NCBI GenBank assembly: GCA_965205165.1
Contig: OZ242037.1
Span: forward strand, 937,619 to 1,001,618
Length of the DNA stretch: 64,000 bases
Direction: 5' to 3'
Source of the DNA: Dehalococcoidia bacterium
GTDB taxonomy: Bacteria; Chloroflexota; Dehalococcoidia; Bin125
Under the pieces are notes generated by a model, which worked only from the letters and a program-made list of their open reading frames with translations, was not told the origin of the DNA and searched no databases. Position 1 is the stretch's first letter. Every line of letters starts with the position of its first letter. The position numbers were made by a program, and so were the translations under genes. Of the stretch, positions 39,762-50,469 are shown one piece after another.

Positions 39762-40562
39762 TCAGGGGCGGGGGAAGGCGTCGAGCAGGTCGAACTTGGG
39801 GCCGTCGGTGCAGCAGAGCTTGACGCCCTGCTTGGCGAAGACGGCGCAGCCGTAGCAGATGCCGATCCCGCAGGCCATCTCGGTCTCCATCAGGATCTGC
39901 ACGTTGCGGCGCAGGCCGTCGGCGCGGACGATCGCGGCCATGCTGCGGAACATCGGCGGCGGGCCGCAGGCGAAGCTCTGGTCGGCCCAGGCGAGGTGCT
40001 GCTCGAACAAGTCGGTGACCAGCCCGGCATGGCCATGGCTGCCGTCCTCGGTGGCGACCAGGTAGTCGACCGCGGGCGGCAGCAGCTCGGCGGGGAAGAC
40101 GCCAGCCGCGGAGGACGCGCCGTGGCAGAGCACGATCGAGCGCCGGGCATCGGCCGGGCCGGCGAGTTCGGCCTCGGCCAGCGCGACGAGCGGGGCGATG
40201 CCGACTCCGCCGGCGATCAGGAGCAGGTTGCGGGCGCGGCGGTTGACCTCGAAGCCCCGGCCGAGGGGGCCGGTCATCCAGATGGCGTCGCCCGGCTGCT
40301 GGGCCGCCATCTGCTCGGTGACGCGGCCGGCGATCTGGTAGAGCAGCGCGAACTGGGTTTCGCCGTCGCGGCGGCGGAAGCGGTAGTAGGAGAAGGCGCG
40401 GGGCAGCAACGGATCGAGCGCGCCGCCGGCCGCGTCGGGAGCGGCCATCACGAACTGGCCCGGCTTGGCGTGCTCGGCCAGTTCGGGGGCGTCGTACCAG
40501 GTGGCGAAGAGGCCGGGCGCGATCTTTTGGGTTTCGAGGACGGCGGCGAGGGCGCGTCGCAC
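39762..40562 (-). CDS. pyrK: dihydroorotate dehydrogenase electron-transfer subunit
   Basis: FAD/NAD-binding ferredoxin-reductase fold plus a C-terminal 2Fe-2S cluster (CGIGICYGC). Confidence 0.85.
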   Translation of the reverse strand: MRRALAAVLETQKIAPGLFATWYDAPELAEHAKPGQFVMAAPDAAGGALDPLLPRAFSYYRFRRRDGETQFALLYQIAGRVTEQMAAQQPGDAIWMTGPLGRGFEVNRRARNLLLIAGGVGIAPLVALAEAELAGPADARRSIVLCHGASSAAGVFPAELLPPAVDYLVATEDGSHGHAGLVTDLFEQHLAWADQSFACGPPPMFRSMAAIVRADGLRRNVQILMETEMACGIGICYGCAVFAKQGVKLCCTDGPKFDLLDAFPRP

Positions 40563-40565
40563 GGC

Positions 40566-43500
40566 TCAGACCGCGCCCTTGAGGTAGTCGGACATGGGGG
40601 CGACGTGGTAGTCGCTGCGCCCGGCAGCCATCGCTTCGACGGCGCGTGCGGCGGTGTCGATGCTGGTGAAGCAGGGGATGCGCTGCTCGGCGGCGGCGCG
40701 GCGGATGTGGAAGCCGTCGCGGATCGTGACGCTGGTCTGCTCCGGGGTGTTGATCACGAAGTCGACGCCGCCGCCGCGGATCAGGTCGATCACGTCCGGG
40801 TCGCCGGTGCGCTCGCGCTTGGGCTGCTCGGCGACGTCGAAGCCGAGGCCGCGGATCAAGGCGGCGGTGCCGGCCGTGGCGTGGAGCTTGCAGCCGGCGT
40901 CGCCGAGCCGGCGGATCAGGGGCATCGCGGAGGCCTTGTCCTGGTCGGCGATGCTGAGCAGGGCGCGCCCGCGCGGCGGCAGCGACATGCCGGCGGCGAT
41001 CAGCGCCTTGGCCAGCGCCCGCTCGTAGTCCACGTCCACGCCCATCACCTCGCCGGTCGACTTCATCTCGGGGCCGAGGTGCGTGTCGACGCCGCCGAGC
41101 TTGGACATGCTGAAGACGGGGGCCTTGACGGCGACCAGCGGCGAGGCGGGATGCAGGCCGGAGGGATGGCCCTGTCCGGCGATGGTCTCGCCGAGCATCG
41201 CGCGGACGGCGATCTCGACCATCGGCACGCCCGTGATCTTGCTGAGGAACGGCACCGTGCGGCTGGCGCGGGGGTTGACCTCGAGCACGTAGACGTCGCC
41301 GTCGGCGCCGTCTTCCCCGCGCATCACGACGTACTGGATGTTCATCAGGCCGGTGACGCCGAGGCCGATGCCGATCTGGCGGGTGTACTCGATGATCGTG
41401 CCGATCTCGCCGGCGCGGAGATTGGGCGCGGGGTAGACGGCGATCGAGTCGCCGGAATGCACGCCGGCCCGCTCGATGTGCTCCATGATGCCGGGGATCA
41501 GCACCTCCTCGCCGCGGCAGATGGCGTCCACCTCGACCTCGATGCCGGCGAGGTACTTGTCGATCAGGACGGGCTTGCCGGGCGCGGCGCCCTGCGCCTG
41601 GAGGACGTAGGCGGCGAGATCGCCGGAGCCCTGCACGACCTCCATCGCGCGCCCGCCGAGCACGTAGGAGGGGCGGACGAGCACGGGATAGCCGATCGAA
41701 TCGGCGGCGAGCACGGCTTCGTCGACGGTGTTGACCGCGGTGCCGGGCGGCTGCGGGATGCCGAGGCCGGCGAGGAAGGCCTCGAAGCGGCGGCGATCCT
41801 CGGCGAGGTCGATCACGTCGGCCGGCGAGCCGAGGATCGGGCGCGCCGCCGTGGTCAGCGGGCCGGCCAGGTTGATCGCCGTCTGGCCGCCGAACTGGAG
41901 GATCGCGCCGACCTGATCGCCGCCCGTACCGCCGTTGCGGCCGGCGTCCTCGTTTTCGAGCAGGTCGAGCACGGCCTCCTCGTCGAGCGGCTCGAAGTAG
42001 AGCCGGTCGGAGGTGTCGAAGTCGGTCGAGACGGTTTCGGGGTTGCTGTTCGCCATCACGGCGGCCCAGCCGGCGGCGCGCAGGGCCTGCGCGGCCTTGA
42101 CGGAGGCGTAGTCGAACTCGATCCCCTGGCCGATCCGGATCGGGCCGGAGCCGATCACGACGGCGCGCCTGCCGGGTTCCGGCCCGGCCTCGTTCTCGTC
42201 CTCGTAGGTCGAGTAGAAGTAGGGCGTGACCGCGTCGAACTCCGCCGCGCAGGTGTCGACCATCTTGTAGACGGGGCGGATGCCCCAGGCTTGGCGCTGG
42301 ACGCGCACGCGCTCGGTCACGTCGCCGGCGAGGTTGGCGATCTGCTCGTCGGCGAAGCCGAGGCGTTTGGCGGCGCGCATCAGCTCCGGCGTCAGCGGCT
42401 CGGCCAGCAGGCGCTTCTCGGTTTCGACGCAGCGCTCGAGCCGTTCGATGAACCAGGGGTCGACGCCGGTGCGGCGGCTGATCTCGGCGGCGGGCTTGCC
42501 GGCGCGGACGGCGGCGAGCAGGTGCCAGAGCCGGTTGTCCGTGGGCGTTTCGGCGGCGGCCGTCGGGTCTTCGGCGTCGCGGTCCTGCCAGAGCAGGCTG
42601 CGGCCGCCGACTTCGAGGGAGCGGACGGCCTTCTGCAGGGCGGGCTCGAAGGCGCGGTCGATGGCCATCACCTCGCCGGTGGCCTTCATCTGGGTGCCGA
42701 GCACGCGGTCGCCGGCGGCGAACTTGTCGAACGGCCAGCGGGGTATCTTGACCACGCAGTAGTCGAGCGCCGGCTCGAAGGCGGCGGTGGTGCGCCCGGT
42801 CACCTGGTTGCGGATTTCGTCCAGCCGCTTGCCGGCCGCGATCTTGGCGGCGACGCGGGCGATCGGGTAGCCGGTCGCCTTGCTGGCGAGCGCGGAGGAG
42901 CGGCTGACGCGCGGGTTGACCTCGATCACGAAGTAGGGCAGCGGATCGTCGTGCGGGCCGCGGCGGTCTCCGGCGCCGGGCCAGTCGACCACGTCGGGGC
43001 GGGGGGCGAGGGCGAGCTGGACGTTGCAGCCGCCTTCGATGCCGAGCGAGCGGATGATGTTGAGCGAGGCGGAGCGCAGCTGCTGGTAGTCCTTGTCGGA
43101 GAGCGTCTGGCTGGGCGCGACCACGATCGAGTCGCCGGTGTGGACACCCATCGGGTCGAGGTTCTCCATGTTGCAGATCGTGATGCAGGTGTCGGCGCCG
43201 TCGCGCATCACCTCGTACTCGACCTCCTTCCAGCCGAGCAGGGAGCGCTCGACCAGCACCTGCGTGATCGGGCTCGCGTCGAGCCCGGACTGGGCGATCG
43301 CGTCGAGTTCGTCCGGCGTGCGGGCGAAGCCGCCGCCGGTGCCGCCGAGCGTGTAGGCGGGGCGGATCACGACGGGCAGGCCGATCTCGGCGGCGGCGGC
43401 GCGGGCCTCCTCGAGCGTGTGGCAGACCGCGCTGGGCGGCACCGGCTCGCCGATCTCGCGCATCGCGTCGCGGAACAGCTCGCGGTCCTCGGCCCGCCGG

Positions 43501-43862
43501 ATCGCGTCGAGCGGGGTGCCGAGCAGTCGGACGTCGAATTCGTCGAGCACGCCGGCGTCGTGGAGATCGACGGCGAGGTTGAGGCCGACCTGCCCGCCGA
43601 GCGTGGGCAGCAGGCCTTCGGGGCGCTCGCGCTCGATCACGCGGCGCAGCACGTCGACCGTGAGCGGCTCGATGTAGACGGCGTCGGCGACGCCGTCGTC
43701 GGTCATGATCGTGGCGGGGTTGGAGTTGACGAGGATCGAGCGGACGCCCTCCTCGCGCATGGCCTTGCAGGCCTGGGTGCCGGCGTAGTCGAACTCTGCG
43801 GCCTGGCCGATCACGATCGGGCCGGAGCCGATGATGAGGACGGATTCGGGTTTTTGCGGCAT
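40566..43862 (-). CDS. carB: carbamoyl-phosphate synthase large subunit
   Basis: 1098 aa, duplicated ATP-grasp halves, MGS-like C-terminus. Confidence 0.95.
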   Translation of the reverse strand: MPQKPESVLIIGSGPIVIGQAAEFDYAGTQACKAMREEGVRSILVNSNPATIMTDDGVADAVYIEPLTVDVLRRVIERERPEGLLPTLGGQVGLNLAVDLHDAGVLDEFDVRLLGTPLDAIRRAEDRELFRDAMREIGEPVPPSAVCHTLEEARAAAAEIGLPVVIRPAYTLGGTGGGFARTPDELDAIAQSGLDASPITQVLVERSLLGWKEVEYEVMRDGADTCITICNMENLDPMGVHTGDSIVVAPSQTLSDKDYQQLRSASLNIIRSLGIEGGCNVQLALAPRPDVVDWPGAGDRRGPHDDPLPYFVIEVNPRVSRSSALASKATGYPIARVAAKIAAGKRLDEIRNQVTGRTTAAFEPALDYCVVKIPRWPFDKFAAGDRVLGTQMKATGEVMAIDRAFEPALQKAVRSLEVGGRSLLWQDRDAEDPTAAAETPTDNRLWHLLAAVRAGKPAAEISRRTGVDPWFIERLERCVETEKRLLAEPLTPELMRAAKRLGFADEQIANLAGDVTERVRVQRQAWGIRPVYKMVDTCAAEFDAVTPYFYSTYEDENEAGPEPGRRAVVIGSGPIRIGQGIEFDYASVKAAQALRAAGWAAVMANSNPETVSTDFDTSDRLYFEPLDEEAVLDLLENEDAGRNGGTGGDQVGAILQFGGQTAINLAGPLTTAARPILGSPADVIDLAEDRRRFEAFLAGLGIPQPPGTAVNTVDEAVLAADSIGYPVLVRPSYVLGGRAMEVVQGSGDLAAYVLQAQGAAPGKPVLIDKYLAGIEVEVDAICRGEEVLIPGIMEHIERAGVHSGDSIAVYPAPNLRAGEIGTIIEYTRQIGIGLGVTGLMNIQYVVMRGEDGADGDVYVLEVNPRASRTVPFLSKITGVPMVEIAVRAMLGETIAGQGHPSGLHPASPLVAVKAPVFSMSKLGGVDTHLGPEMKSTGEVMGVDVDYERALAKALIAAGMSLPPRGRALLSIADQDKASAMPLIRRLGDAGCKLHATAGTAALIRGLGFDVAEQPKRERTGDPDVIDLIRGGGVDFVINTPEQTSVTIRDGFHIRRAAAEQRIPCFTSIDTAARAVEAMAAGRSDYHVAPMSDYLKGAV

Positions 43863-43868
43863 CGGCGG

Positions 43869-44336
43869 CTAGAGGGGGAGCTCGAAGCGGGACTTGGGGT
43901 TGATCAGCGGCGCGAGCGCGCCGATGGCGGAGAGGAAGCTGAGGGCGGCCTCGTTGTTGTCGGGCAGGCTGCCGACGATGCGGCGGAAGCCCTGCTGCCG
44001 GGCGTGGTCGAGCAGGTACTCCGCCAGGACGGTGCCGATCCCGCGGCGGCGGTGCTGCGAGCGCAGCCAGACGCCGAGCGTGGCGGTGTCCCAGCGCTGC
44101 GTGTTGAAGTCGAGCGCGCCGAAGCCGGCCAGCCCGCCGTCGATTTCGGCCAGCCAGACGGCGCCGGTCTCGCCGTGGCGGCTCATCCAGGTTTCGACCT
44201 CTTCGACGCTGAGGCGGCGGTCGAACACGACCGGGTTCGGGCCCTCGACCACTTCGCTGATCACGTCGGCGATCGCGGCCGCGTCGGCGGGGACGGCGCG
44301 GCGGTAGTCGGGCTGCTGCGGATCGGGTTCGGTCAT
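43869..44336 (-). CDS. GNAT-family N-acetyltransferase
   Basis: 155 aa. RRRGIGTVLAEYLLDHARQQG is acetyl-CoA-binding motif A (Q/RxxGxG/A). Confidence 0.7.
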   Translation of the reverse strand: MTEPDPQQPDYRRAVPADAAAIADVISEVVEGPNPVVFDRRLSVEEVETWMSRHGETGAVWLAEIDGGLAGFGALDFNTQRWDTATLGVWLRSQHRRRGIGTVLAEYLLDHARQQGFRRIVGSLPDNNEAALSFLSAIGALAPLINPKSRFELPL

Positions 44337-44354
44337 GCGCGGCTCCTCGTGCGC

Positions 44355-45476
44355 TCAGCTTCGCGGGCGGGCCTCGTCGACCAAGTCGAGGAAGCGGTCG
44401 AAGAGATGGCTGTTGTCAAGCGGGCCGGGCGAGGCCTCGGCGTGGTACTGGATCGAGAAGACCGGCTCGGCGCGATGGCGGATGCCCTCGACGGTGCCGT
44501 CGTGGACGTTGACGTGGCTGACCTCGGCGTCGGCGTGCAGGCCGTCGGGGTCGACGGCGTAGCCGTGGTTCTGGGCGGTGATGGCGATGCGGCCGGTGGC
44601 CAGCTCGCGGACGGGGTGGTTGCCGCCGCGGTGGCCGAACTTGAGCTTGAAGGTGCCCGCGCCGAAGGCCCGGCCGAGCACTTGGTGGCCGAGGCAGATG
44701 CCCATCACGGGCACGCGCCCGATCAGCCCCTTCGCAATCCCGACTTGCAGTTCGCGGAAGGCCGGGTCGCCGGGCCCGGGCGCGAGCACCACGCCGTCGG
44801 GCGCGAGGGCGAGCACGTCCGCGGCGGGCATCTCCGGCGGGGCCGCGGTGACGCGGCAGCTGCGGCGCCTGAGGTTGCGGAGGATGTTGTACTTGAGGCC
44901 CTGATCGAGCACGACGATGTGCCGCGTCGCGGGATCGCCCGCGCCCGGCGGCATCGGCGCGCCGTCCCATTCGTAGGCGGCGGGCGCGCCGACGCCGATG
45001 AAGTCCTGGTCGTCGTAGGCGGGCAGCTCGGCCAGCCGCGTCCGCGCCGCCTCGAGCTCGGCGGCGGGCGCGATCATCCCCTGCATCACGCCGTTGCGGC
45101 GGATGCGGCGGGTGATCGCGCGGGTGTCGACCCCGGCGATGCCCGGCACGCCGGCGGCGTCGAGGTAGTCGGCGAGCGGCATCCCGGCGCGCGGGTGGCT
45201 CGGCGAATCGCAGGCGGAGCGCACGACGAGGCCGCGCACCTGCACCTGGCGCGATTCGTCGATCGGCGGATCGATCCCGTAGTTGCCGATCAGCGGATAG
45301 GTGAGCACCAATATCTGACCGGCGTAGGAGGGGTCGGTGAGCATCTCCTGGTAGCCGGTCATGGAGGTGTTGAAGCAGACCTCGCCCCAGGTTTCCGCGG
45401 CCGGGCCGAGCGCCGTGCCGCGGAAGGCGGAACCGTCGGCCAGCACCAAAACCGCTTCCGTCGCGTCGCTCATCAT
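44355..45476 (-). CDS. carA: carbamoyl-phosphate synthase small subunit (glutamine amidotransferase)
   Basis: MMSDATEAVLVLADGS... plus a GATase domain with GICLGHQ. Start at the internal ATG. Confidence 0.92.
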   Translation of the reverse strand: MMSDATEAVLVLADGSAFRGTALGPAAETWGEVCFNTSMTGYQEMLTDPSYAGQILVLTYPLIGNYGIDPPIDESRQVQVRGLVVRSACDSPSHPRAGMPLADYLDAAGVPGIAGVDTRAITRRIRRNGVMQGMIAPAAELEAARTRLAELPAYDDQDFIGVGAPAAYEWDGAPMPPGAGDPATRHIVVLDQGLKYNILRNLRRRSCRVTAAPPEMPAADVLALAPDGVVLAPGPGDPAFRELQVGIAKGLIGRVPVMGICLGHQVLGRAFGAGTFKLKFGHRGGNHPVRELATGRIAITAQNHGYAVDPDGLHADAEVSHVNVHDGTVEGIRHRAEPVFSIQYHAEASPGPLDNSHLFDRFLDLVDEARPRS

Positions 45477-46810
45477 GCAGCCTCCCCGTGCACCAGCGCG
45501 CCGCGCGAGATCGTCGCCCGCACCGCGCCGTGCAGCGTCCTGCCGGCGAACGGCGTATTGCGGCCGCGCGACGCGAACTTGGCTGGATCGACCGTCCACT
45601 CGGCCTCCGGATCGAGCAGGACGACGTCGGCCGGAGCGCCCGGGCGGAGGCTGCCCAAGCCGGCGAGCGGCTCGCCGCCGGGCATCGTCCGCCCGTCGAG
45701 CTTCCAGGCGCGGACGGGGCCGATGCCGAGCCGGGCGATCGCGTCGGCGAGCGGGATCCGGCCGGCGCGGACGAGCGAGCCGATCACGCCCCAGGCCGTT
45801 TCGAGGCCGGAGATGCCGAACGCGGCCGCGTCGAACTCGCAGTCCTTGTCGGGCGCGGCGTGCGGCGCGTGGTCGGTGGCGACCGCGTCGGCGACGCCGG
45901 CGGCGAGGGCGTCGATGCAGGCCTCGACGTCGCGCTCGGAGCGCAGCGGCGGGTTGACCTTGGCAGCGGTGTCGTAGGCGGGCTCCGCGCCGCAGCCGGC
46001 GACGGCCGATTCGTCGAGCATCAGATGGTGCGGCGCGATCTCGGCGGTGACGCGCAGGCCGCGCGCCTTGGCGTCGGCCACGGCGGCCAGAGCCGGCTCG
46101 GTCGAGAGATGGCAGCAGTGCAGTGCCGCGCCCGCCTCTTCGGCGAGCGCGATGTCGCGCTGGACGATGGTCGCCTCGGCGGCGGCGGGCTGGCCGCGCA
46201 GGCCGAGGCGGGCGGAGACGATTCCGTCGTGCATCACGCCGCCGGCGGCGATGGCCGGGTCTTCGCAGTGCTCGGCCAGCGGGATGTCGAGGTCGGCGAG
46301 GTACTGGAAGGCGCGGCGGGCGACGGTCGCGTCGGCCACGGCGTCACCGTCGTCGGAGACCGCCACCGCGCCGGCGTCGCGCAGGCCGGCGAGCTCGGTC
46401 AGGTCGCGGCCGGCGCGGCCGGCGGTGACGCAGGCGATCGGCAGGACGCGGGCGTCGGCGCCGGCAGCGGCGTCGAGCACGCCGGTGACCAGCATCGGCG
46501 AGTCGATCGGCGGCGAGGTGTTGGGCATCGCGCAGATGGTCGTGAAGCCGCCGCGGGCCGCGGCCCGAGCGCCGCTGGCGATGGTCTCCTTGTGCTCCTG
46601 GCCCGGCTCGCGCAGATGCACATGGAGGTCGACGAAGCCGGGCGCGGCGACGAGGCCGGCGGCATCGAGCACGGTCGCGCCGGCGGGAGCTGCCAAATCG
46701 GGGCCGATTTCGGCGATGCGGCCGTCGCGGATCAGGAGGTCGAGGATCGCGTCGACGCCACCGGCTGGGTCGATGACGCGGCCGCCGCGGATCAGGATCG
46801 GCGCGGTCAT
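45473..46810 (-). CDS. pyrC: dihydroorotase
   Basis: DLHVHLREPG..., a metal-dependent amidohydrolase. 4-nt overlap with carA. Confidence 0.9.
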   Translation of the reverse strand: MTAPILIRGGRVIDPAGGVDAILDLLIRDGRIAEIGPDLAAPAGATVLDAAGLVAAPGFVDLHVHLREPGQEHKETIASGARAAARGGFTTICAMPNTSPPIDSPMLVTGVLDAAAGADARVLPIACVTAGRAGRDLTELAGLRDAGAVAVSDDGDAVADATVARRAFQYLADLDIPLAEHCEDPAIAAGGVMHDGIVSARLGLRGQPAAAEATIVQRDIALAEEAGAALHCCHLSTEPALAAVADAKARGLRVTAEIAPHHLMLDESAVAGCGAEPAYDTAAKVNPPLRSERDVEACIDALAAGVADAVATDHAPHAAPDKDCEFDAAAFGISGLETAWGVIGSLVRAGRIPLADAIARLGIGPVRAWKLDGRTMPGGEPLAGLGSLRPGAPADVVLLDPEAEWTVDPAKFASRGRNTPFAGRTLHGAVRATISRGALVHGEAA

Positions 46811-47823
46811 TCGCCGCCCCTCGCGAGCAGGAAGAGGACGGCCATGCGGATCGCGAGGCCGGCGGAGACCTGCGCCTCGATCCGGCTCTGCGCGCCATGC
46901 GCGACTTCGGGCGCGATTTCGACGCCCTCGTTCATCGGGCCCGGGTGCATCACAACCGCGTGCGGCGCGGCCTTGGCGACGCGCTCGGCGGTCAGCTGGT
47001 AGCGGCGGGCGTACTCGGCGACCGAGGGCAGCAGCGCGCCGCGGATGCGTTCGCGCTGGATGCGCAGCGCCATCACCGCGTCCGCGCCGGCGATGGCGCG
47101 GTCGAGATCGTGGTCGAGATCGACCGCGGGCAGCGCCAGCGGGTGCTCCGTCTTGCCGGCCGCGAGCGCGGAGGGGAGCAGCGGTCGCGGCGCGACGAGC
47201 GAGACCTTCGCGCCCAGCGTGGTCAGCGCCCAGATGTTGGAGCGGGCCACCCGCGAGTGCAGCACGTCGCCCACGATCACGACGCGGCGCCCGTCGAGGC
47301 CGCCCAGCGCCTCCCGCAGGATGGCGGCGTCGAGCAGCGCCTGGGTCGGATGCGCGTGCTGGCCGTCTCCGGCGTTGATCACGCGGGCGTCGATCGTCCG
47401 CGCCGCGAGATAGGGCGCGCCCGATGCCGGGTGGCGCATCACGACCACGTCCGCGCCCACCGCGGCCAGGGTCTTCAGCGTGTCGACCAAGGATTCGCCC
47501 TTCTCGACGGAGGAGCCGGAACCGGAGACGTTGATCACGTCCGCGCCGAGCACCTTGCCGGCCAGCTCGAACGACGCCCGCGTGCGGGTCGAGGCCTCGT
47601 AGAACAGGTTGACCACGGTCACCCCGCGCAGGGCCGGGGTGCGGGCGACGGGGCGTTCGAGGATTTCGCGCATCGCGGCGGCCGTGGCCAGGATCTCCTC
47701 GATCTCGCCGCGCGAGAGCGAGTCCACGTCGAGCAGGTGCCGCGAACGCCAGACGGCGACCGAGGGTAGCTCCGCCGCTTCCGCGCGCGGCGCTTCGGGC
47801 AGCGCGAGGGCTTCAACGGGCAT
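46807..47823 (-). CDS. pyrB: aspartate carbamoyltransferase catalytic subunit
   Basis: STRTR and HPxQ-like motifs ([12 protein letters not shown] ... [10 protein letters not shown]). Confidence 0.92.
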   Translation of the reverse strand: MPVEALALPEAPRAEAAELPSVAVWRSRHLLDVDSLSRGEIEEILATAAAMREILERPVARTPALRGVTVVNLFYEASTRTRASFELAGKVLGADVINVSGSGSSVEKGESLVDTLKTLAAVGADVVVMRHPASGAPYLAARTIDARVINAGDGQHAHPTQALLDAAILREALGGLDGRRVVIVGDVLHSRVARSNIWALTTLGAKVSLVAPRPLLPSALAAGKTEHPLALPAVDLDHDLDRAIAGADAVMALRIQRERIRGALLPSVAEYARRYQLTAERVAKAAPHAVVMHPGPMNEGVEIAPEVAHGAQSRIEAQVSAGLAIRMAVLFLLARGGE

Positions 47824-48331
47824 CGCCGGCCTCCGCTCCGCGCACGATCTCGACCGAGTCCTCGCCGTCCGTCTCCTCGAGGCGGACGCGCACGTCGTCG
47901 CCGCGCCGGGTGGGCAGGTTCTTGCCCACGTAATCGGGGCGGATCGGCAGTTCCCGGTGGCCGCGGTCGACGAGCACGGCGAGCTCGATCGCGGCCGGAC
48001 GGCCGTAGTCGATCAGCGCGTCGAGCGCGGCGCGGATCGAGCGGCCGGTATAGAGCACGTCGTCGACCAGCACGACGAGCGCGCCGTCGATGCCGACGGG
48101 GATGCGGGAGGGCTGGATGCGGGATGCGCCGCGGGAGGCGAGGTCGTCGCGGTAGAGGGAGATGTCGATCGCGCCGGCCGGCGGTTCGCGGCCGTCGATC
48201 GTGCGGATCAGGCCGGCCAGTCGCTCCGCGATGGGCACGCCGCGGGTGCGCATGCCGACGAGCACGAGCGGGTCCGGAGCCGGGTGGCGTTCGACGATTT
48301 CGTGGGCGATGCGGGTGATCGCGCGCGCCAT
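47813..48331 (-). CDS. pyrR: bifunctional pyrimidine operon regulator / uracil phosphoribosyltransferase
   Basis: [10 protein letters not shown]...[17 protein letters not shown]...[21 protein letters not shown] has the PRTase motif. The true start is probably a non-ATG codon some 20–25 codons upstream of the ATG at 48331. Confidence 0.85.
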   Translation of the reverse strand: MARAITRIAHEIVERHPAPDPLVLVGMRTRGVPIAERLAGLIRTIDGREPPAGAIDISLYRDDLASRGASRIQPSRIPVGIDGALVVLVDDVLYTGRSIRAALDALIDYGRPAAIELAVLVDRGHRELPIRPDYVGKNLPTRRGDDVRVRLEETDGEDSVEIVRGAEAGDAR

Positions 48332-48563
48332 CGCGCCGCCGTCGATCTGCGGCCGGCTCGCGCCGGCCCGCGCCGCGGGGGGCGATTCGGCGGCCGTCAC
48401 GCGGCCATTGGAAGGAGGTGGCGGGCAGCGTCGCGGGTGCGCGGGGAACGGGGCTGCATGCGGCGTCCTTTCCGGCCTCACGGGACCGGGTTAAAGTCCT
48501 GCATCGCGTTGCAGCGAGCGTAGCAGCGCAAATCGCTCGGGCAAGTGCGCAGTTGCCCGCCGC

Positions 48564-48767
48564 TCAGCCGTCGCCTTCCGCAGGCGCTTGCAGCTCCGGC
48601 GGCAGCAGGTTGGGGATGCCGTCGACGATGGGGTACTTGAAGTCGAGCGAGCGGGCGTAGAGGTGGCCGACGATGATCTCGCCGTCCTCCGCCTCCTCCT
48701 CGACCACGAGCTCGAGCGGCTCGCGGGTGACGGGGCAGACGAGGATCTCGACCAGTTCGCGGCGCAT
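48564..48767 (-). CDS. Trm112-family protein (DUF343)
   Basis: 67 aa. LVEILVCPV...GEIIVGHLYARSLDFKYPIVDGIPNLL is the Trm112 zinc-ribbon-like fold. Confidence 0.7.
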   Translation of the reverse strand: MRRELVEILVCPVTREPLELVVEEEAEDGEIIVGHLYARSLDFKYPIVDGIPNLLPPELQAPAEGDG

Positions 48768-48877
48768 GGCGGCAGCCTATCCCAGAGCCGGCGGTGGGCG
48801 ATCGCGGGTGCTGGCGGATCGTGCGCCATACTGTGCGGTACGAACGCGAAGCGAATGAACGCCGACTGGAGCGAGCC

Positions 48878-49093
48878 GTGGCCGATGTCAAGTCCCCGAT
48901 GGCCGGAACCATCTTCGAGTTGATCGCCGCCGAGGGCGATCAGGTCTCGGAGGGCGACGAGCTCGTCATCCTCGAGTCGATGAAGATGGAGATCCCCGTC
49001 GAAGCGACGGCCTCCGGCACGGTCTCGAAAGTGCACGTCGAGCAGGGCGACCAAGTCCAAGAGGACGACCTGCTCGTCACGATCGGGGAGTAG
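48878..49093 (+). CDS. biotin carboxyl carrier / biotinyl-domain protein
   Basis: GTG start in frame with track ORF 48794..49093. ELVILESMKMEIPV has the biotinylated Lys in the (A/S)MKM motif. Confidence 0.75.
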   Translation: MADVKSPMAGTIFELIAAEGDQVSEGDELVILESMKMEIPVEATASGTVSKVHVEQGDQVQEDDLLVTIGE

Positions 49094-49113
49094 CGGGAAG
49101 CGGCGGGCGGGCG

Positions 49114-50469
49114 ATGTTCCGGCGCGTCCTGATCGCCAACCGCGGGGAGATCGCGGCCCGCGTCTCGCGCACCTGCCGCCGGCTCGGCATCGAGTCGCAC
49201 GCGGTCTACTCGGTCGCCGACGCGGACGCGCTGCACGTGCGCGAGGCGGACGGCGCGACCCACATCGGCGCCGCGCCGGTGGCGGAGTCGTACATCAACG
49301 TCGACGCGGTGCTCGACGCGGCCGTGCAGGCGGGCTGCGACGCGGTGCATCCGGGCTACGGGCTGCTCTCCGAGAACGCGCATTTCGCGCGGGCCTGCGC
49401 GGAGCGCGGCATCGCCTTCATCGGCCCCGATGCGGAGCACATGGAGCTGATGGGCAACAAGGATCGGGCGCGCGCGACGATGCGGGAGCTGGGCGTGCCG
49501 GTGATCCCCGGCAGCGGCGGGCCCGTGGCCGATGAAGAGGCGGAAGCCGCGGCGGAAGAAGTCGGATACCCGCTGCTGATCAAGGCCTCGTTCGGCGGCG
49601 GCGGGATCGGCATGGCGGCGGTGGAGCGGGCGCAGCAGTTCCCGCGAGCGCTGCGCCGCGCCCGCTCGTCCGCGTCCCGCGCCTTCGGCTCCGGCGAGGT
49701 CTACCTCGAGCGCCGCCTGCAAGCGCCGCACCACATCGAGCTCCAAGTCTTCGGAGACGGCGCGGGCGGCGCGGTCATCCTCGGCGACCGCGAATGCTCG
49801 GTGCAGCGCCGCCACCAGAAGGTGATCGAGGAGGCCCCCGCCCCCGCGCCCCGGTTCGACCAAGCGGCCCGCGAGCGGCTCTACGGCCGGGCGCGGGAGG
49901 CGATCGCCCGCCTCCGCTACAAGAACGCGGGCACCATCGAATGCCTGCTCGACCGCGACGGCGGCATCTTCTTCCTCGAGATGAACACGCGTTTGCAGGT
50001 GGAGCACCCCGTGACGGAGATGGTCACGGGGCTCGACCTGGTCGAATGGCAGCTCCGCATCGCCGCGGGGGAACCGCTCGCGGAGCTGGCCGCCACCGCG
50101 CCTACGGAGCCGCGCGGGCACGCGATCGAGGCGCGGCTGTACGCGGAAGACCCTGAGACCCTGCTGCCCGCGCCGGGCTCGATCTCGGCGCTCGAGGTGC
50201 CGGACGAAGACTGGCTCCGGCTCGACTCCGGCGTCGACTCCGGCGACGACGTGCCGCACTTCTACGACCCGCTGATGGCCAAGCTGATCGTGCACGGGGC
50301 CGACCGGCGGCAGGCGGTGGAGCGCTTGGACGACGCGCTGGGGCGCATCCAAATCGAAGGGATCCGCCACAACGTCCCGTTCCTGCGCCGCGTCGTCGCG
50401 ACCGACGAGTTCGCGGCGGGCGACTACACGGTCGAGCTGACCGAGCAGCTGTTGAAGCAGGGTCGGTGA
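49114..50469 (+). CDS. biotin carboxylase (acetyl/propionyl-CoA carboxylase alpha-type subunit)
   Basis: RVLIANRGEIA..., ATP-grasp, ...EMNTRLQVEHPVTE. 451 aa. Confidence 0.9.
   Translation: MFRRVLIANRGEIAARVSRTCRRLGIESHAVYSVADADALHVREADGATHIGAAPVAESYINVDAVLDAAVQAGCDAVHPGYGLLSENAHFARACAERGIAFIGPDAEHMELMGNKDRARATMRELGVPVIPGSGGPVADEEAEAAAEEVGYPLLIKASFGGGGIGMAAVERAQQFPRALRRARSSASRAFGSGEVYLERRLQAPHHIELQVFGDGAGGAVILGDRECSVQRRHQKVIEEAPAPAPRFDQAARERLYGRAREAIARLRYKNAGTIECLLDRDGGIFFLEMNTRLQVEHPVTEMVTGLDLVEWQLRIAAGEPLAELAATAPTEPRGHAIEARLYAEDPETLLPAPGSISALEVPDEDWLRLDSGVDSGDDVPHFYDPLMAKLIVHGADRRQAVERLDDALGRIQIEGIRHNVPFLRRVVATDEFAAGDYTVELTEQLLKQGR

Noticed and set aside
39663-45977. 2104-aa plus-strand ORF (and similar giants 12289..15681 +, 10344..12557 +, 32202..34460 +, 53236..55302 N-terminal part)
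   Set aside because: Gly/Arg/Ala/Asp low-complexity translations antisense to clearly recognisable genes (carB, carA, groEL, the 638-aa gene). These are typical stop-free off-frame or antisense reading in >70% GC DNA.
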